DNA of 64,000 nt from Dehalococcoidia bacterium. Its GTDB lineage: Bacteria > Chloroflexota > Dehalococcoidia > UBA2979. The notes beneath the pieces were generated by a model. The model did not search any database. It saw only the letters and a list, made by a program, of their open reading frames with translations, and was not told where the DNA came from. The stretch lies in contig JBFWSN010000004.1 in assembly GCA_050248355.1 (NCBI GenBank), positions 81,151 through 145,150 on the forward strand. The letters are read 5' to 3'. Positions 16,522 to 27,017 of the stretch are shown here, in pieces. A program made the translations under genes and the position numbers. Position 1 is the stretch's first letter. The number at the start of each line of letters is the position of its first letter.

Positions 16522-16537
16522 TGTTTCACGTGAAACA
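16522..16537. promoter_or_regulatory. parS: parS (ParB/Spo0J centromere-like binding site), perfect consensus
   Basis: TGTTTCACGTGAAACA is an exact match to the palindromic parS consensus tGTTNCACGTGAAACa. It sits inside a perfect 20-bp palindrome at 16520..16539, in a lower-GC convergent intergenic region. Confidence 0.8.
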
Positions 16538-16561
16538 TCACTAAGAGACATAACGATATAT

Positions 16562-16608
16562 CGAGGTAGGTCAGGCCACCGAGGCAGGTCGGCCCATCGA
16601 GGACGGGC
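16562..16608 (+). repeat. three direct repeats with an exact 18-nt period
   Basis: CGAGGTAGGTC (16562), CGAGGCAGGTC (16580) and CGAGGACGGGC (16598), located 25 nt from parS. Confidence 0.45.
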
Positions 16609-16614
16609 GCGCGC

Positions 16615-17172
16615 CTACGGGTTCAGCCGCCGTGAGATCACCGAAATCAGCTCCTCGAGCTGCTGCACGATCGCCTGCCGGTCCATCGGCTCCAGCCGGT
16701 CAATCGCGTCGACCCGCCGGATCGCCTCGCGCGCCTCGCCGATCGCCGCCTCGAGGCGGATCCGCCGCTGCGCCGACCCGCGCTCCCGCGCCGACGGTGG
16801 GGGAGCCGCCGAGGCCTCCGCCGACGTTCTCTGCTGCTGCGCGTACCGCTGCGCCTCCAGCGCCCGCCGCGGCGATGGCAACCGAATATCGAGGTACCGC
16901 GCCAGCGGCATCTCGTGGCCGCCCTGACGTCGCGCCTGCGCTTCCCACTCCCCCTCGAGCAGCGTCGCGGCCCGCATCCACGCCATCGCCAGTTGCTGCT
17001 GCTCCTCGTCCCCCGCGTCGAGGAGCTCGCGCAGGTGCTCCTCCCGCAGCAGGCCCATGTGCCGCACGAGCCCCTCGAACTCCCCCCCGAATCGCTCGCC
17101 GAGCTGCGCCGCCAGGCTCTCCGCCCCGCCCCCCCGCGAGGTCTCCGCAGCCCCCTGTGGCCGGTCGCTCAT
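16615..17172 (-). CDS. hypothetical protein (charged, helical, Gln/Glu/Arg-rich)
   Basis: ORF 16615..17259 trimmed to MSDRPQG (ATG 17172, with GAGG upstream). I recognise no family. Confidence 0.45.
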   Translation of the reverse strand: MSDRPQGAAETSRGGGAESLAAQLGERFGGEFEGLVRHMGLLREEHLRELLDAGDEEQQQLAMAWMRAATLLEGEWEAQARRQGGHEMPLARYLDIRLPSPRRALEAQRYAQQQRTSAEASAAPPPSARERGSAQRRIRLEAAIGEAREAIRRVDAIDRLEPMDRQAIVQQLEELISVISRRLNP

Positions 17173-17316
17173 ACGGTGCCCTGCCTCAAATGCCCATCCC
17201 CGCCTCTCGACGCGATCGGAACGATAACGTATGAGCGCAGTGAGGGCATGCGTAGTCAAGGTCGGCGGTTTGAGGAAGTGACGGTCTGAAGCAGAAGTCC
17301 CGCGCTGAGCGGGTCA

Positions 17317-17393
17317 TGGCGACCCCGATCGGATTCGAACCGACGATCTCCACCGTGACAGGGTGGCGTGTTAGGCCGCTACACTACGGGGCC
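17317..17393 (-). tRNA. tRNA-Asp (GTC)
   Basis: The reverse complement GGCCCCGTAGTGTAGCGG...CCACCCTGTCACGGTGG...GGTTCGAATCCGATCGGGGTCGCCA has a 7-bp acceptor stem, anticodon loop CTGTCAC, T-loop GGTTCGAATCC, discriminator G and an encoded CCA. Confidence 0.95.
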
Positions 17394-17495
17394 GCGTGGA
17401 GCGAACTGGATCGTATCCACCACCGCCCGAGGGGTCAAACAACCCCGCGATTCCGCGTGAGCCACCGCCTCGGTACACTGTCCTCGGAGGAACAC

Positions 17496-17747
17496 ATGCC
17501 GAGGCGTCCCACGACCCGAGGCCCGCTGGGCCGCCGTTCGCTCCCCCCCAGTCCTACCTACGCGCACGCTGCCGGCGCCGCGACCGCCCCCACCGCGAGC
17601 GAGCGCCGTCCGGCCCAGAGCCGCCCTGCGCGCATCGTCGAGCGCGAGGCGCCGTACCTCCTCGCCGAGCTGCGCCGCATCGCCCTCGTCACGGGTACCT
17701 GTGTGGGGATGCTCGTCATGCTGGTCGTCGTCGACCGCCTTCAGTAG
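17496..17747 (+). CDS. hypothetical small protein with a C-terminal TM helix
   Basis: GGAGGA lies 6 nt upstream of ATG 17496. The N-terminal half is basic and Pro-rich, and the C-terminus is IALVTGTCVGMLVMLVVV. The longer ORF 17316..17747 would overlap tRNA-Asp. Confidence 0.4.
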   Translation: MPRRPTTRGPLGRRSLPPSPTYAHAAGAATAPTASERRPAQSRPARIVEREAPYLLAELRRIALVTGTCVGMLVMLVVVDRLQ

Positions 17748-17754
17748 CTGCCGT

Positions 17755-18270
17755 CTAGCGCAGCCGCCCCCACGCCACCGCGGCCGCGATACCGAATGCG
17801 AACAGCCCGATCAGGTCCTGCGCTACCAGGTCGAACTGGCCGCTGACCGCCAGGCGCACGACCGCCCCGACCACGACGCCGCCCAGCGCAACCGATTGCA
17901 CGGACGTCCCGCGCTTGCCTCTGGTCGCTCGCGTGATTGCCTCGGCCATCAGGCTCCCGATTCCAGAGCCGGCGAACAGCGCCAGGAACAGTCCGAACAG
18001 CGGCACCCGCGCCGTTGGAGGCAGCAGCAGCCCCCCGATGATGCCCACGACCACTCCGACACCCACGGCCGCGCCAGCCGCCCTCAGGTAGTGCGTCGTC
18101 GACAGCTCGTACATCACCGGCCGGCGCAGCTGCGCGCAGTCCCGACACCGCACCCCGCCCGGCGTGTACACCAGGCATCGAGGGCAGATCAGCTTCTCGC
18201 AGCGTCCGCACCGCAGCTCACTCTCGACATCCGGGTGCGTCTCGCAGTACGTCGTGATCGGATCTTGCAT
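17755..18270 (-). CDS. B-box-type zinc-finger membrane protein
   Basis: From ATG 18270: YCETHPDVESELRCGRCEKLICPRCLVYTPGGVRCRDC (Cys/His zinc-finger array), followed by about 4 TM helices. The 340-aa ORF-track version overlaps the PHP gene. Confidence 0.65.
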   Translation of the reverse strand: MQDPITTYCETHPDVESELRCGRCEKLICPRCLVYTPGGVRCRDCAQLRRPVMYELSTTHYLRAAGAAVGVGVVVGIIGGLLLPPTARVPLFGLFLALFAGSGIGSLMAEAITRATRGKRGTSVQSVALGGVVVGAVVRLAVSGQFDLVAQDLIGLFAFGIAAAVAWGRLR

Positions 18271-18272
18271 CG

Positions 18273-19133
18273 TCACGCTGGCGTCGGCTCCGGTACGTTG
18301 CATCCGAGGGCTCGCACCCGCTCCAGGAACGCCTCGACGACCTCGTCGGGCAGGGGGATGTCGCCTGGCTCCCGCTCGTCGTTCCGCTCGATGCCGTGGA
18401 AGTCCGACCCACCCGTCGGGAACAGCGCGAGTCGCTCGGCCAGCGCTCGCAGCGACTCCACGAGCTCCGGCGGATACGCCCGATAGTACGTCTCGAGGCC
18501 GAACAGACCCTGCGCGGCCAGTTGGGCCGCGACTTGCTCGTAGTCCGTGGTGAACGAGGGGTGTGCGAACACCGCCACCCCCCGAGCCGCTCGGATCATC
18601 GCGATCGCGTCTCCCGGCGCTAGCTTCTCGCGCTCGAAGTACGCCGGGCCGTTTCGCCCGAGGAAGCGCTGGAACGCCTCGTCGAACGTCTGCACGTGCC
18701 CGCGCTCCAGCAGTGCGTGCGCCACATGCGGGCGGCCCACGGAGGCCTCGCCGGCGATCTCCTGCACGCGCGACCATTCGATTGGCGCGCCCAGCCGAGC
18801 AAGCGCCTCAACCATCTTCTCCGCCCGCTCGACCCTTCCGCGCCGGAACCGTTCGAGGTTCGCGAGGAGCGCCCCGTGATGCGGATCGATGCACAGCCCG
18901 AGCATGTGTACCTCGGTCCCGGGCACGTCGCACGACAGCTCCACTGCCGGCAGCAGGAGGAACCCCCCGTGCCTTGAGGCCGCGTCGCGCGCCTCCTCGT
19001 AGCCGTCCAATGTGTCGTGGTCGGACAGCGCGAGGACTCGCACACCCCGCGAGGCGGCCAGATCGACCAGTTCGGTCGGGGACAACCGCCCGTCGGAGCG
19101 CGTGGAGTGGGTGTGGAAGTCGCCGATGCTCAT
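18273..19133 (-). CDS. PHP domain phosphoesterase (TrpH/YciV-like)
   Basis: MSIGDFHTHSTRSDGRLSPTELVDLAASRGVRVLALSDHDT is the PHP motif I/II pattern. Confidence 0.85.
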   Translation of the reverse strand: MSIGDFHTHSTRSDGRLSPTELVDLAASRGVRVLALSDHDTLDGYEEARDAASRHGGFLLLPAVELSCDVPGTEVHMLGLCIDPHHGALLANLERFRRGRVERAEKMVEALARLGAPIEWSRVQEIAGEASVGRPHVAHALLERGHVQTFDEAFQRFLGRNGPAYFEREKLAPGDAIAMIRAARGVAVFAHPSFTTDYEQVAAQLAAQGLFGLETYYRAYPPELVESLRALAERLALFPTGGSDFHGIERNDEREPGDIPLPDEVVEAFLERVRALGCNVPEPTPA

Positions 19134-19152
19134 AGAGACAGTGTCGCCGTGC

Positions 19153-19929
19153 TCAGTCCAACAGGCACTCGCGGTCCACCCGCTCTATGCTCCGCGCCCG
19201 TCTCGTGTGCTCGTCGACATCGATCAGCACCGAGTTGAACGTCACCTCGGCGCCCTCCGCGACGGGCAGGCGCGTTGGCATGCCGGTGAGGAACCGGTCG
19301 AGGACGGCGTTCACGTCGTCGCCGATTACTGAGTCGCGTACGCCGACCATCCCGAGGTCGGTCACCGTCGCCGTCCCGCCGGGGAGCACCCGCGGGTCAG
19401 CCGTCGGCACGTGCGTGTGGGTGCCGACCACTGCCGCCACCCGACCGTCGAGGTACCACGCGAGGGCCTGCTTCTCACTGGTCGCCTCGGCGTGGAAGTC
19501 CACGAACACCACTGCGTCCTCGCCGAGGCCGTCGAGGAGCGCGTCGGCCGTCCGGAAGGGGTCGTCGACCTGCACGGGCATGAAGGTCCGCCCCATGACG
19601 CTGATCACGGTGAAGGCGCCCACCCTGCACAATCCGCGACCCGGCGTGGATGGTGGGTAGTTGGCCGGTCGTAGCACCGGCCAGTCTCGATCGAGTGCGG
19701 CCACGAACTCCCGCACATCAAAGATGTGGTTACCCGATGTGATGACATCGACCCCCGCGGACAACAGCTCCCGGGCGGTCTTCTCGGTGAGTCCGCGTCC
19801 GGCGGCCGCGTTCTCGCCGTTCAGGACGACGCGATCAATCCCGAGCGAGGAGCGGAGCTGCGGCAGCAACTGGGTGACTGCCTCGCGACCCGGCCGGCCA
19901 ACCACGTCGCCGACCATGAGTACCCGCAT
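19153..19929 (-). CDS. ymdB: YmdB-family metallophosphoesterase (TIGR00282)
   Basis: MRVLMVGDVVGRPGR...VVLNGENAAAGRGLT...ITSGNHIFD. It lies immediately downstream of rny, as in Bacillus. Confidence 0.9.
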   Translation of the reverse strand: MRVLMVGDVVGRPGREAVTQLLPQLRSSLGIDRVVLNGENAAAGRGLTEKTARELLSAGVDVITSGNHIFDVREFVAALDRDWPVLRPANYPPSTPGRGLCRVGAFTVISVMGRTFMPVQVDDPFRTADALLDGLGEDAVVFVDFHAEATSEKQALAWYLDGRVAAVVGTHTHVPTADPRVLPGGTATVTDLGMVGVRDSVIGDDVNAVLDRFLTGMPTRLPVAEGAEVTFNSVLIDVDEHTRRARSIERVDRECLLD

Positions 19930-19931
19930 CG

Positions 19932-21458
19932 CTACCTGGCGACGGCCGAAGACCGAGTCTCGCGCACGACCGTGACGCGGATCTCACCGGGGTACTGCAA
20001 TGTCTCCTCGATCTTCTTGGACACGTCGCGCGCCAGACGGGCTGCCGCCAGGTCGTCGATCTCGTCGGGGCGCACGATCACGCGCACCTCGCGCCCTGCC
20101 TGGATCGCGAATGACTGGTCCACGCCGTCGAACGAATTGGCAATCGTCTCGAGCGCCTCCAGGCGCTTCACGTACTGGTCGGCGGACTCGCGGCGCGCGC
20201 CTGGTCGGCTCCCTGACATCGCGTCCGCGATCATGACGATGAGCGCTTCCGTGGTCTCGGGCTTCACTTCTTCATGATGCGCCGCGATGCAGTGGACGAC
20301 CTCGCGCGGTACAGCGAACCGCTTCGCGATGTCCGCCCCGATCATCGCGTGTGTACCTTCGAGTTCGCGGTCAACGGCCTTCCCGAGGTCGTGCAGCAGT
20401 CCGCCGACACGAGCAACCTCGATGTCGGCTCCGATCTCTGCGGCCACGGCCGCCGCCAGCCACGAGGTCTCCACGCAGTGGCGGAGCTGGTTCTGACCGT
20501 ATGAGTAGCGGAACCGCAACCGGCCGAGCGTCTTCACGACCTCGGGGTGCAGCCCCGTGACCTCGGCGTCGATGAGCGCCTGCTCGCCCGCCTCGACGAT
20601 GGACTTCTCCACCTCGGCGCGAGCTCGCTCGACCGCCTCTTCGATACGTGTCGGCTGAATCCGGCCGTCCTGGATCAGGCGGCTCAGCGCAACACGCGCG
20701 ATCTCGCGCCGGACCGGGTCAAACCCGGAGACGGTCACCACCTCGGGCGTATCGTCGATGATGAGATCACACCCCGTCGCGGCCTCGAACGCGCGGATGT
20801 TGCGGCCTTCACGGCCAATGATGCGGCCCTTGATCTCGTCGGACGGGATGGGCACCACAGAGACCGTCGTCTCGGCCGTGATCTCGGAGGTCATCCGCTG
20901 CATGACCGTGGCGAGCACCTTTCGAGCCCGGACGTCGGCCTCGGCCTTCGCGGACGTCTCCATCGAACGCACTCGCCGCGCGGCCTCGTCACGAAGCTCC
21001 GTGTCAAGCCGTTCGAGGAGCGTGTTGCGTGCCTCATCGACGCTCATGCCTGCGATGCGCTCGAGCTCGGTATCCGCGGCCGCGCGCGCCGTTGCGAGAT
21101 CCCGCTCAGTCCGGTCCAGCTGCGCCATGCGGTCGCGGAGCGACTGCTCGCCACGATCGAGGCCCTCGGAACGGCGTTCCAGGGCCTCTTCGCGCTGCTC
21201 CAGCCGCCGCTCGACGCGGCCGACTTCCCGGCGCTGTTCTCGAATCTCGTCCTCGACCTTTCGCCGGTACCTGATCGCGTCCTCTTGGGCCTCGATCTCG
21301 ATGGCACGGCGGCTGCTTTCCGCTTCTTCGCGGATACGGGTGGCGCGCTCCTCGGCGTCGGTAATCAAGCCTCGCGCCCCTACGCGGGCCGCGAGCAACG
21401 TACTCCCAACTCCAACGAAGAAGGAGATCACGACAATCGCGAGTGAGAGGGCGTCCAT
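19932..21458 (-). CDS. rny: ribonuclease Y
   Basis: N-terminal TM helix, a long coiled coil, a KH domain (IKGRIIGREGRNIRAFE) and an HD domain (LLHDLGKA...AHH). Confidence 0.95.
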   Translation of the reverse strand: MDALSLAIVVISFFVGVGSTLLAARVGARGLITDAEERATRIREEAESSRRAIEIEAQEDAIRYRRKVEDEIREQRREVGRVERRLEQREEALERRSEGLDRGEQSLRDRMAQLDRTERDLATARAAADTELERIAGMSVDEARNTLLERLDTELRDEAARRVRSMETSAKAEADVRARKVLATVMQRMTSEITAETTVSVVPIPSDEIKGRIIGREGRNIRAFEAATGCDLIIDDTPEVVTVSGFDPVRREIARVALSRLIQDGRIQPTRIEEAVERARAEVEKSIVEAGEQALIDAEVTGLHPEVVKTLGRLRFRYSYGQNQLRHCVETSWLAAAVAAEIGADIEVARVGGLLHDLGKAVDRELEGTHAMIGADIAKRFAVPREVVHCIAAHHEEVKPETTEALIVMIADAMSGSRPGARRESADQYVKRLEALETIANSFDGVDQSFAIQAGREVRVIVRPDEIDDLAAARLARDVSKKIEETLQYPGEIRVTVVRETRSSAVAR

Positions 21459-21640
21459 GGGGCTCCGGTCCTAAGGAAAGCGTCGCGATTTCCGCGCCGC
21501 CTGAATGAATCACGTAGAGATATGTCTACGTTCGTATCGTAGCACCGGGCGACGGACGGCGGGGAGTGCGTACGAGAAGCGCCGAACACAAACGCCAAGC
21601 GGCCGTCGGGATCGATCGGCGTCCGGGCACACAGCCCGTG

Positions 21641-21678
21641 CGAGCCGCGGTAGGCGCCCCGGCGCCTACCGCGGCTCG
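21641..21678 (-). terminator. recA terminator hairpin (18-bp perfect inverted repeat)
   Basis: CGAGCCGCGGTAGGCGCC-cc-GGCGCCTACCGCGGCTCG lies 10 nt downstream of the recA stop. No U-tract. Confidence 0.5.
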
Positions 21679-21687
21679 CAGTGAGGC

Positions 21688-22812
<1,125 letters not shown>

Positions 22813-22859
22813 TCGTGTCGCTCCCGTTCCTGTCGCGCCGCATCCTGACGTTTGGGTGG

Positions 22860-22888
22860 AGACTAGAACGAACGTTCTTCAATGTCAA
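22860..22888 (-). promoter_or_regulatory. recA promoter
   Basis: On the minus strand: TTGACA (22888-22883), 17-nt spacer, TAGTCT (22865-22860). Confidence 0.55.
22865..22878. promoter_or_regulatory. LexA (SOS/Cheo-type) box AGAAC-N4-GTTCT
   Basis: AGAACGAACGTTCT is a perfect GAAC-N4-GTTC palindrome. It occupies the spacer and -10 of the recA promoter, 53-66 nt upstream of the recA ATG. Confidence 0.65.
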
Positions 22889-22928
22889 GGAGGTGAGCAT
22901 AGGGAGTCCGGCACCCGACAATCGGGAT

Positions 22929-23195
22929 ATGGAGACGGCACGGTTGCGCGTCCGGCTCACGCCTCGGGCGGCGCGTTCCGAGGTCGGCGAGTTCCGGGAT
23001 GACACTCTCTACGTCCGTGTGACCGCCCCGCCTGTCGATGGGAAGGCGAACGAGGCGCTCGTGCGCCTGCTTGCCGATCGCCTGCGACTGCCGAGGGGTG
23101 CGGTCCGCATCGTCGCCGGACACGCGGCGCGCGAGAAGTTGCTGGCCCTCGATGGCATCAACGTCGAGGAGGTCCACCGTCGCCTTCATGCGTGA
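22929..23195 (+). CDS. DUF167 (YggU) family protein
   Basis: METARLRVRLTPRAARSEVGEFRDDTLYVRVTAPPVDGKANEALVRLLA is the DUF167 pattern. An in-frame GTG at 22893 is an alternative start. Confidence 0.75.
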   Translation: METARLRVRLTPRAARSEVGEFRDDTLYVRVTAPPVDGKANEALVRLLADRLRLPRGAVRIVAGHAAREKLLALDGINVEEVHRRLHA

Positions 23196-23213
23196 GCTGC
23201 GCGTGCGGGTGAG

Positions 23214-23474
23214 TCACTGACTCGACAATGACTGTCCGAGTGCGTACGAGATGGCGTACAGCAAGAAGATTGCCACCATTGGGGTGATATCGATCATCCC
23301 GATCAGAGGCACGATCCGGCGCAGCGGTTGGAGAATCGGCTCCGTAATCGCATCGAGCGCCTGGAACACCGGGCCACCGCGGTCAATCGGGAACCACGTC
23401 AGGATCGAGCGCGCGAAGATCGCGAAGATCAGCACGTTCACGAAGAGTTGCACGATCTGTACCAGCGTGGTCAC
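23214..23474 (-). CDS. yggT: YggT family membrane protein
   Basis: 86 aa with two TM helices. ILTWFPI...PILQPLRRIVP is the YggT/Ycf19 signature. Confidence 0.8.
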   Translation of the reverse strand: MTTLVQIVQLFVNVLIFAIFARSILTWFPIDRGGPVFQALDAITEPILQPLRRIVPLIGMIDITPMVAIFLLYAISYALGQSLSSQ

Positions 23475-24277
23475 GATATGTCTCCGAGATCCTGCGCCCG
23501 CAGGTACGCGGCCTCGATTGCATCGTCGAACGCCGACCGCAGACCGGCGGCTTCGAGCTCGCGGAGCGCCGCGGCGGTCGTACCTCCCGGGGAGGTGACG
23601 GCGTTCTTGAGTTCGGCGGGATGTGTTCCTGTCTCCATCGCATAGCGCGCCGACCCGGCGACCGTCGCGAGGACAAGTGAGGAGGCGTCCGCTCGCTTCA
23701 TACCGAGGCGGACAGCGGCGTCGATCATCGATTCGATAACTAGGAAGACGTAGGCAGGCCCCGACCCGTGGATCGCCGTCGCAAGGTCAACGGCTTCGTC
23801 GTCGTGCACCTCGATGACCGCCGTGCAGACGCCCTGCAGCAAGTGCTCGACGGTCCGACGCTGCTCGGCGGATACGTCGGGCGACGCGAGGTATACGGCG
23901 GCCCCCTCGCCGACCGCGACGGGGGTGTTGGGCATCACGCGGACCGCCGCGCGGTGGCCGCTGAAGCGCTGCAGGTCCTCGAGCGGCAGTCCCGCCGCGA
24001 TCGACACGAGCACACTTCCCGCAGGAAGTCCGCCGCGAAGGCTCTCAGCCACCGCGCCGAGGTCCTGGGGTTTCACCGCAAGCAGCACGATGTCTGCGCC
24101 GATGCACGCGCTCTGGGTGTCATCGGTCACACGTACGCCGTGCTCGCTCAACGCCAGGTGTCTGCCCGGCACTTTCTCCGCGACGGCGATGTCGCCGGGG
24201 GTGGCGAATCCTGAGCGGACGATACCTCGCAGGAACGCCTCACCCATGAAGCCACCGCCAATGATGCCGACCCGCAC
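23471..24277 (-). CDS. proC: pyrroline-5-carboxylate reductase
   Basis: MRVGIIGGGFMGEA...AVKPQD...SPGGTTAAALRELE. Confidence 0.9.
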   Translation of the reverse strand: MRVGIIGGGFMGEAFLRGIVRSGFATPGDIAVAEKVPGRHLALSEHGVRVTDDTQSACIGADIVLLAVKPQDLGAVAESLRGGLPAGSVLVSIAAGLPLEDLQRFSGHRAAVRVMPNTPVAVGEGAAVYLASPDVSAEQRRTVEHLLQGVCTAVIEVHDDEAVDLATAIHGSGPAYVFLVIESMIDAAVRLGMKRADASSLVLATVAGSARYAMETGTHPAELKNAVTSPGGTTAAALRELEAAGLRSAFDDAIEAAYLRAQDLGDIS

Positions 24278-24306
24278 TCGACGCCTCCCGCCCTGCTCCG
24301 GATGTG

Positions 24307-24999
<693 letters not shown>

Positions 25000-25230
25000 G
25001 GCAAGAGCGTACGCCGTGTCGGGAGCGAGCGACTAGTCGGCGCTGTGGATCGCTCGAGGCGACGTCAGGAGGAAAGCGACGCCAGATCCACAGCGCCTTA
25101 CATAAGTATACGCATCGCGGAGCACCACGGATCGCCATCTACCCCGGTCTTCCACGGATCGCAGGCGCTGCCGTGGGAACCGATCGCGGGGCACGTGCGT
25201 CTGGAATGGCATCGGCGAGAGGAGCATGTC

Positions 25231-26154
25231 ATGTGGTCCGGGAAGTTGATCGGGCTCAACCTGCTGTCCGGCCTGATGCTGCTGATGGCGATGAGTTGCT
25301 CGGAGGCTGACGAGCGGAGTGGCGCAGGCGAGTCGGGCTCGGCGGCGGCGTCAGAGGCCATCGCCCGGGATGAGGGTGCCGTACCGCTCTCCGAGCCGGT
25401 TGCATCCCGCGCCGCCGTCAGCGACGGAGCGGCGACTGCCGCAGCGGTCACAGACCTCCTCGGCCGGAAGATCATCCGCAATGGCGACCTGACGCTTGAG
25501 GTCGAGTCCGTCACCGCTGCCTACGACGAGGTGGGAGCGGTTGCAGTACGACTCGGTGGCTACGTGGCGGAAGGCTCGTATGCAGGCGTTGATGAGCGAC
25601 GTACGGGCCGACTGATCGTCCGGGTGCCCGCAGACAACTACGACCAGGCCGTCCGTGAGCTGCGCGGGCTCGCGAGGCACGTATCTTCGGCGTCGAGTTC
25701 AACTCAGGACGTGACCGGCGAGGTCACCGACCTCGAAGCGGCGCTCCGCAACCTCCGAGCGGTCGAGGCGCAGTACGTCACCTTGATCACGCAAGCGAAG
25801 ACCATCCAGGACACGCTGCAGGTGCAGGAGCGTCTGCAGGCCGTCCGAGGCGACATCGAACAGACGGAGGCGCGACTGGCCCTCCTCAACCGGCTATCGG
25901 ATCTCGCGACGATCTCGGTGCAGCTGACGCCCGTCGTGGTGGCAGTCGAATCCCAGAGTACGCGGCCCTCGCCTGCGGGCGCGGCCTCGGCGGCGTGGGA
26001 GGCATCGATCGAGACGCTGCGCAACGTCGCCGTCATCGGAGTCGCGGTGCTCGTGTACTCGTGGTGGCTGGCGCCTCTTATCGCGGCCGCGGCCTACCTC
26101 GGACGGCGGCAATTCCGGCAGCGACGCTCGGCAGCCGACGCGACGGCGTCGTAG
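25231..26154 (+). CDS. DUF4349 domain lipoprotein
   Basis: Lipobox LLMAMSC. IIRNGDLTLEVESV...LIVRVPADNYDQAVRELR, a coiled coil and a C-terminal TM helix match the DUF4349 layout. Start at ATG 25231. Confidence 0.7.
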   Translation: MWSGKLIGLNLLSGLMLLMAMSCSEADERSGAGESGSAAASEAIARDEGAVPLSEPVASRAAVSDGAATAAAVTDLLGRKIIRNGDLTLEVESVTAAYDEVGAVAVRLGGYVAEGSYAGVDERRTGRLIVRVPADNYDQAVRELRGLARHVSSASSSTQDVTGEVTDLEAALRNLRAVEAQYVTLITQAKTIQDTLQVQERLQAVRGDIEQTEARLALLNRLSDLATISVQLTPVVVAVESQSTRPSPAGAASAAWEASIETLRNVAVIGVAVLVYSWWLAPLIAAAAYLGRRQFRQRRSAADATAS

Positions 26155-26225
26155 TCCGTCGCTGTCTGGCGTCTCCGGGCGATATTGGCCGGCGCTCTAC
26201 GATGGCGTGGGAATCGAGGGGCCAC

Positions 26226-27002
26226 ATGCTGAAGCGACTGATGTACCGGTATTACGAGCGCCAGCTTGAAGCCGAGGTGCGGCGAGGCCCGCTGCCGACA
26301 CATGTAGGAGTCGTTCTCGATGGGAACCGTCGATTCGCAATGAAGCACCGGCTCGCGCATGCCGCCGATGGCCACCGCCGTGGCGCGGACAACGTTGACC
26401 GCCTCGTCACGTGGTGTGACAACTTGCGCATCCCGGTCGTCACCCTGTGGGCGCTCTCAACCGACAATCTCCGCCGCGCGCCTGAGGAGCTCGAAGCGAT
26501 CTACGGCATCGTCGAGGACAAGGTCGAGCAGTTGGCGGAGATGCAAGAGCAGTCGTCATTCCCGAGGCGTGTGCGTGCGGTCGGCAGGCGGGCGCTGCTC
26601 CCCGCATCCACGCGCGATGCAATCGAGCGGGTTGAGCGGAGCACGGCCGCGAACACCCCGAACGAGCTGATCATCGCCGTGGGGTACGGCGGCCGCGAGG
26701 AGATCACTGACGCCGTCCGCAGGATGATCGCGGACCGCCTTCTGCGCGGTGACTCGCTCGAGGGCATCGCGAGCGGCCTCGACCCGGACGCCATCGGCCG
26801 CTACCTGTACGCGCCCGATGTCCCCGACCCTGACCTGATTATCAGGACATCCGGCGAATTGCGACTCTCGGGGTTCCTGCTCTGGCAGAGCGCATATAGC
26901 GAGTACTACTTTTGCGACGTGTTCTGGCCCGAGTTCCGACGGATCGATTTCCTTCGCGCCCTCCGCTCCTATGAGCGCCGCGAGCGTCGCCGAGGCGCTT
27001 GA
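26226..27002 (+). CDS. uppS: isoprenyl transferase (undecaprenyl-diphosphate synthase family)
   Basis: HVGVVLDGNRRFA...LWALSTDNLRR...IRTSGELRLSGFLLWQSAYSEYYF. An alternative ATG lies at 26202. Confidence 0.9.
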   Translation: MLKRLMYRYYERQLEAEVRRGPLPTHVGVVLDGNRRFAMKHRLAHAADGHRRGADNVDRLVTWCDNLRIPVVTLWALSTDNLRRAPEELEAIYGIVEDKVEQLAEMQEQSSFPRRVRAVGRRALLPASTRDAIERVERSTAANTPNELIIAVGYGGREEITDAVRRMIADRLLRGDSLEGIASGLDPDAIGRYLYAPDVPDPDLIIRTSGELRLSGFLLWQSAYSEYYFCDVFWPEFRRIDFLRALRSYERRERRRGA

Positions 27003-27017
27003 CCGCCCAGATCACCC

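Noticed and set aside
17316-17747. A 143-aa plus-strand ORF starting at 17316.
   Set aside because: Its first 26 codons are the antisense of tRNA-Asp. Only the distal part from ATG 17496, which has an SD, is retained as a low-confidence small gene.
22887-22896. A very strong Shine-Dalgarno-like AAGGAGGTGA on the plus strand upstream of the DUF167 gene.
   Set aside because: No canonical start codon follows at 5-10 nt. The sequence is better explained as the flank of the minus-strand recA -35 hexamer (TTGACA).
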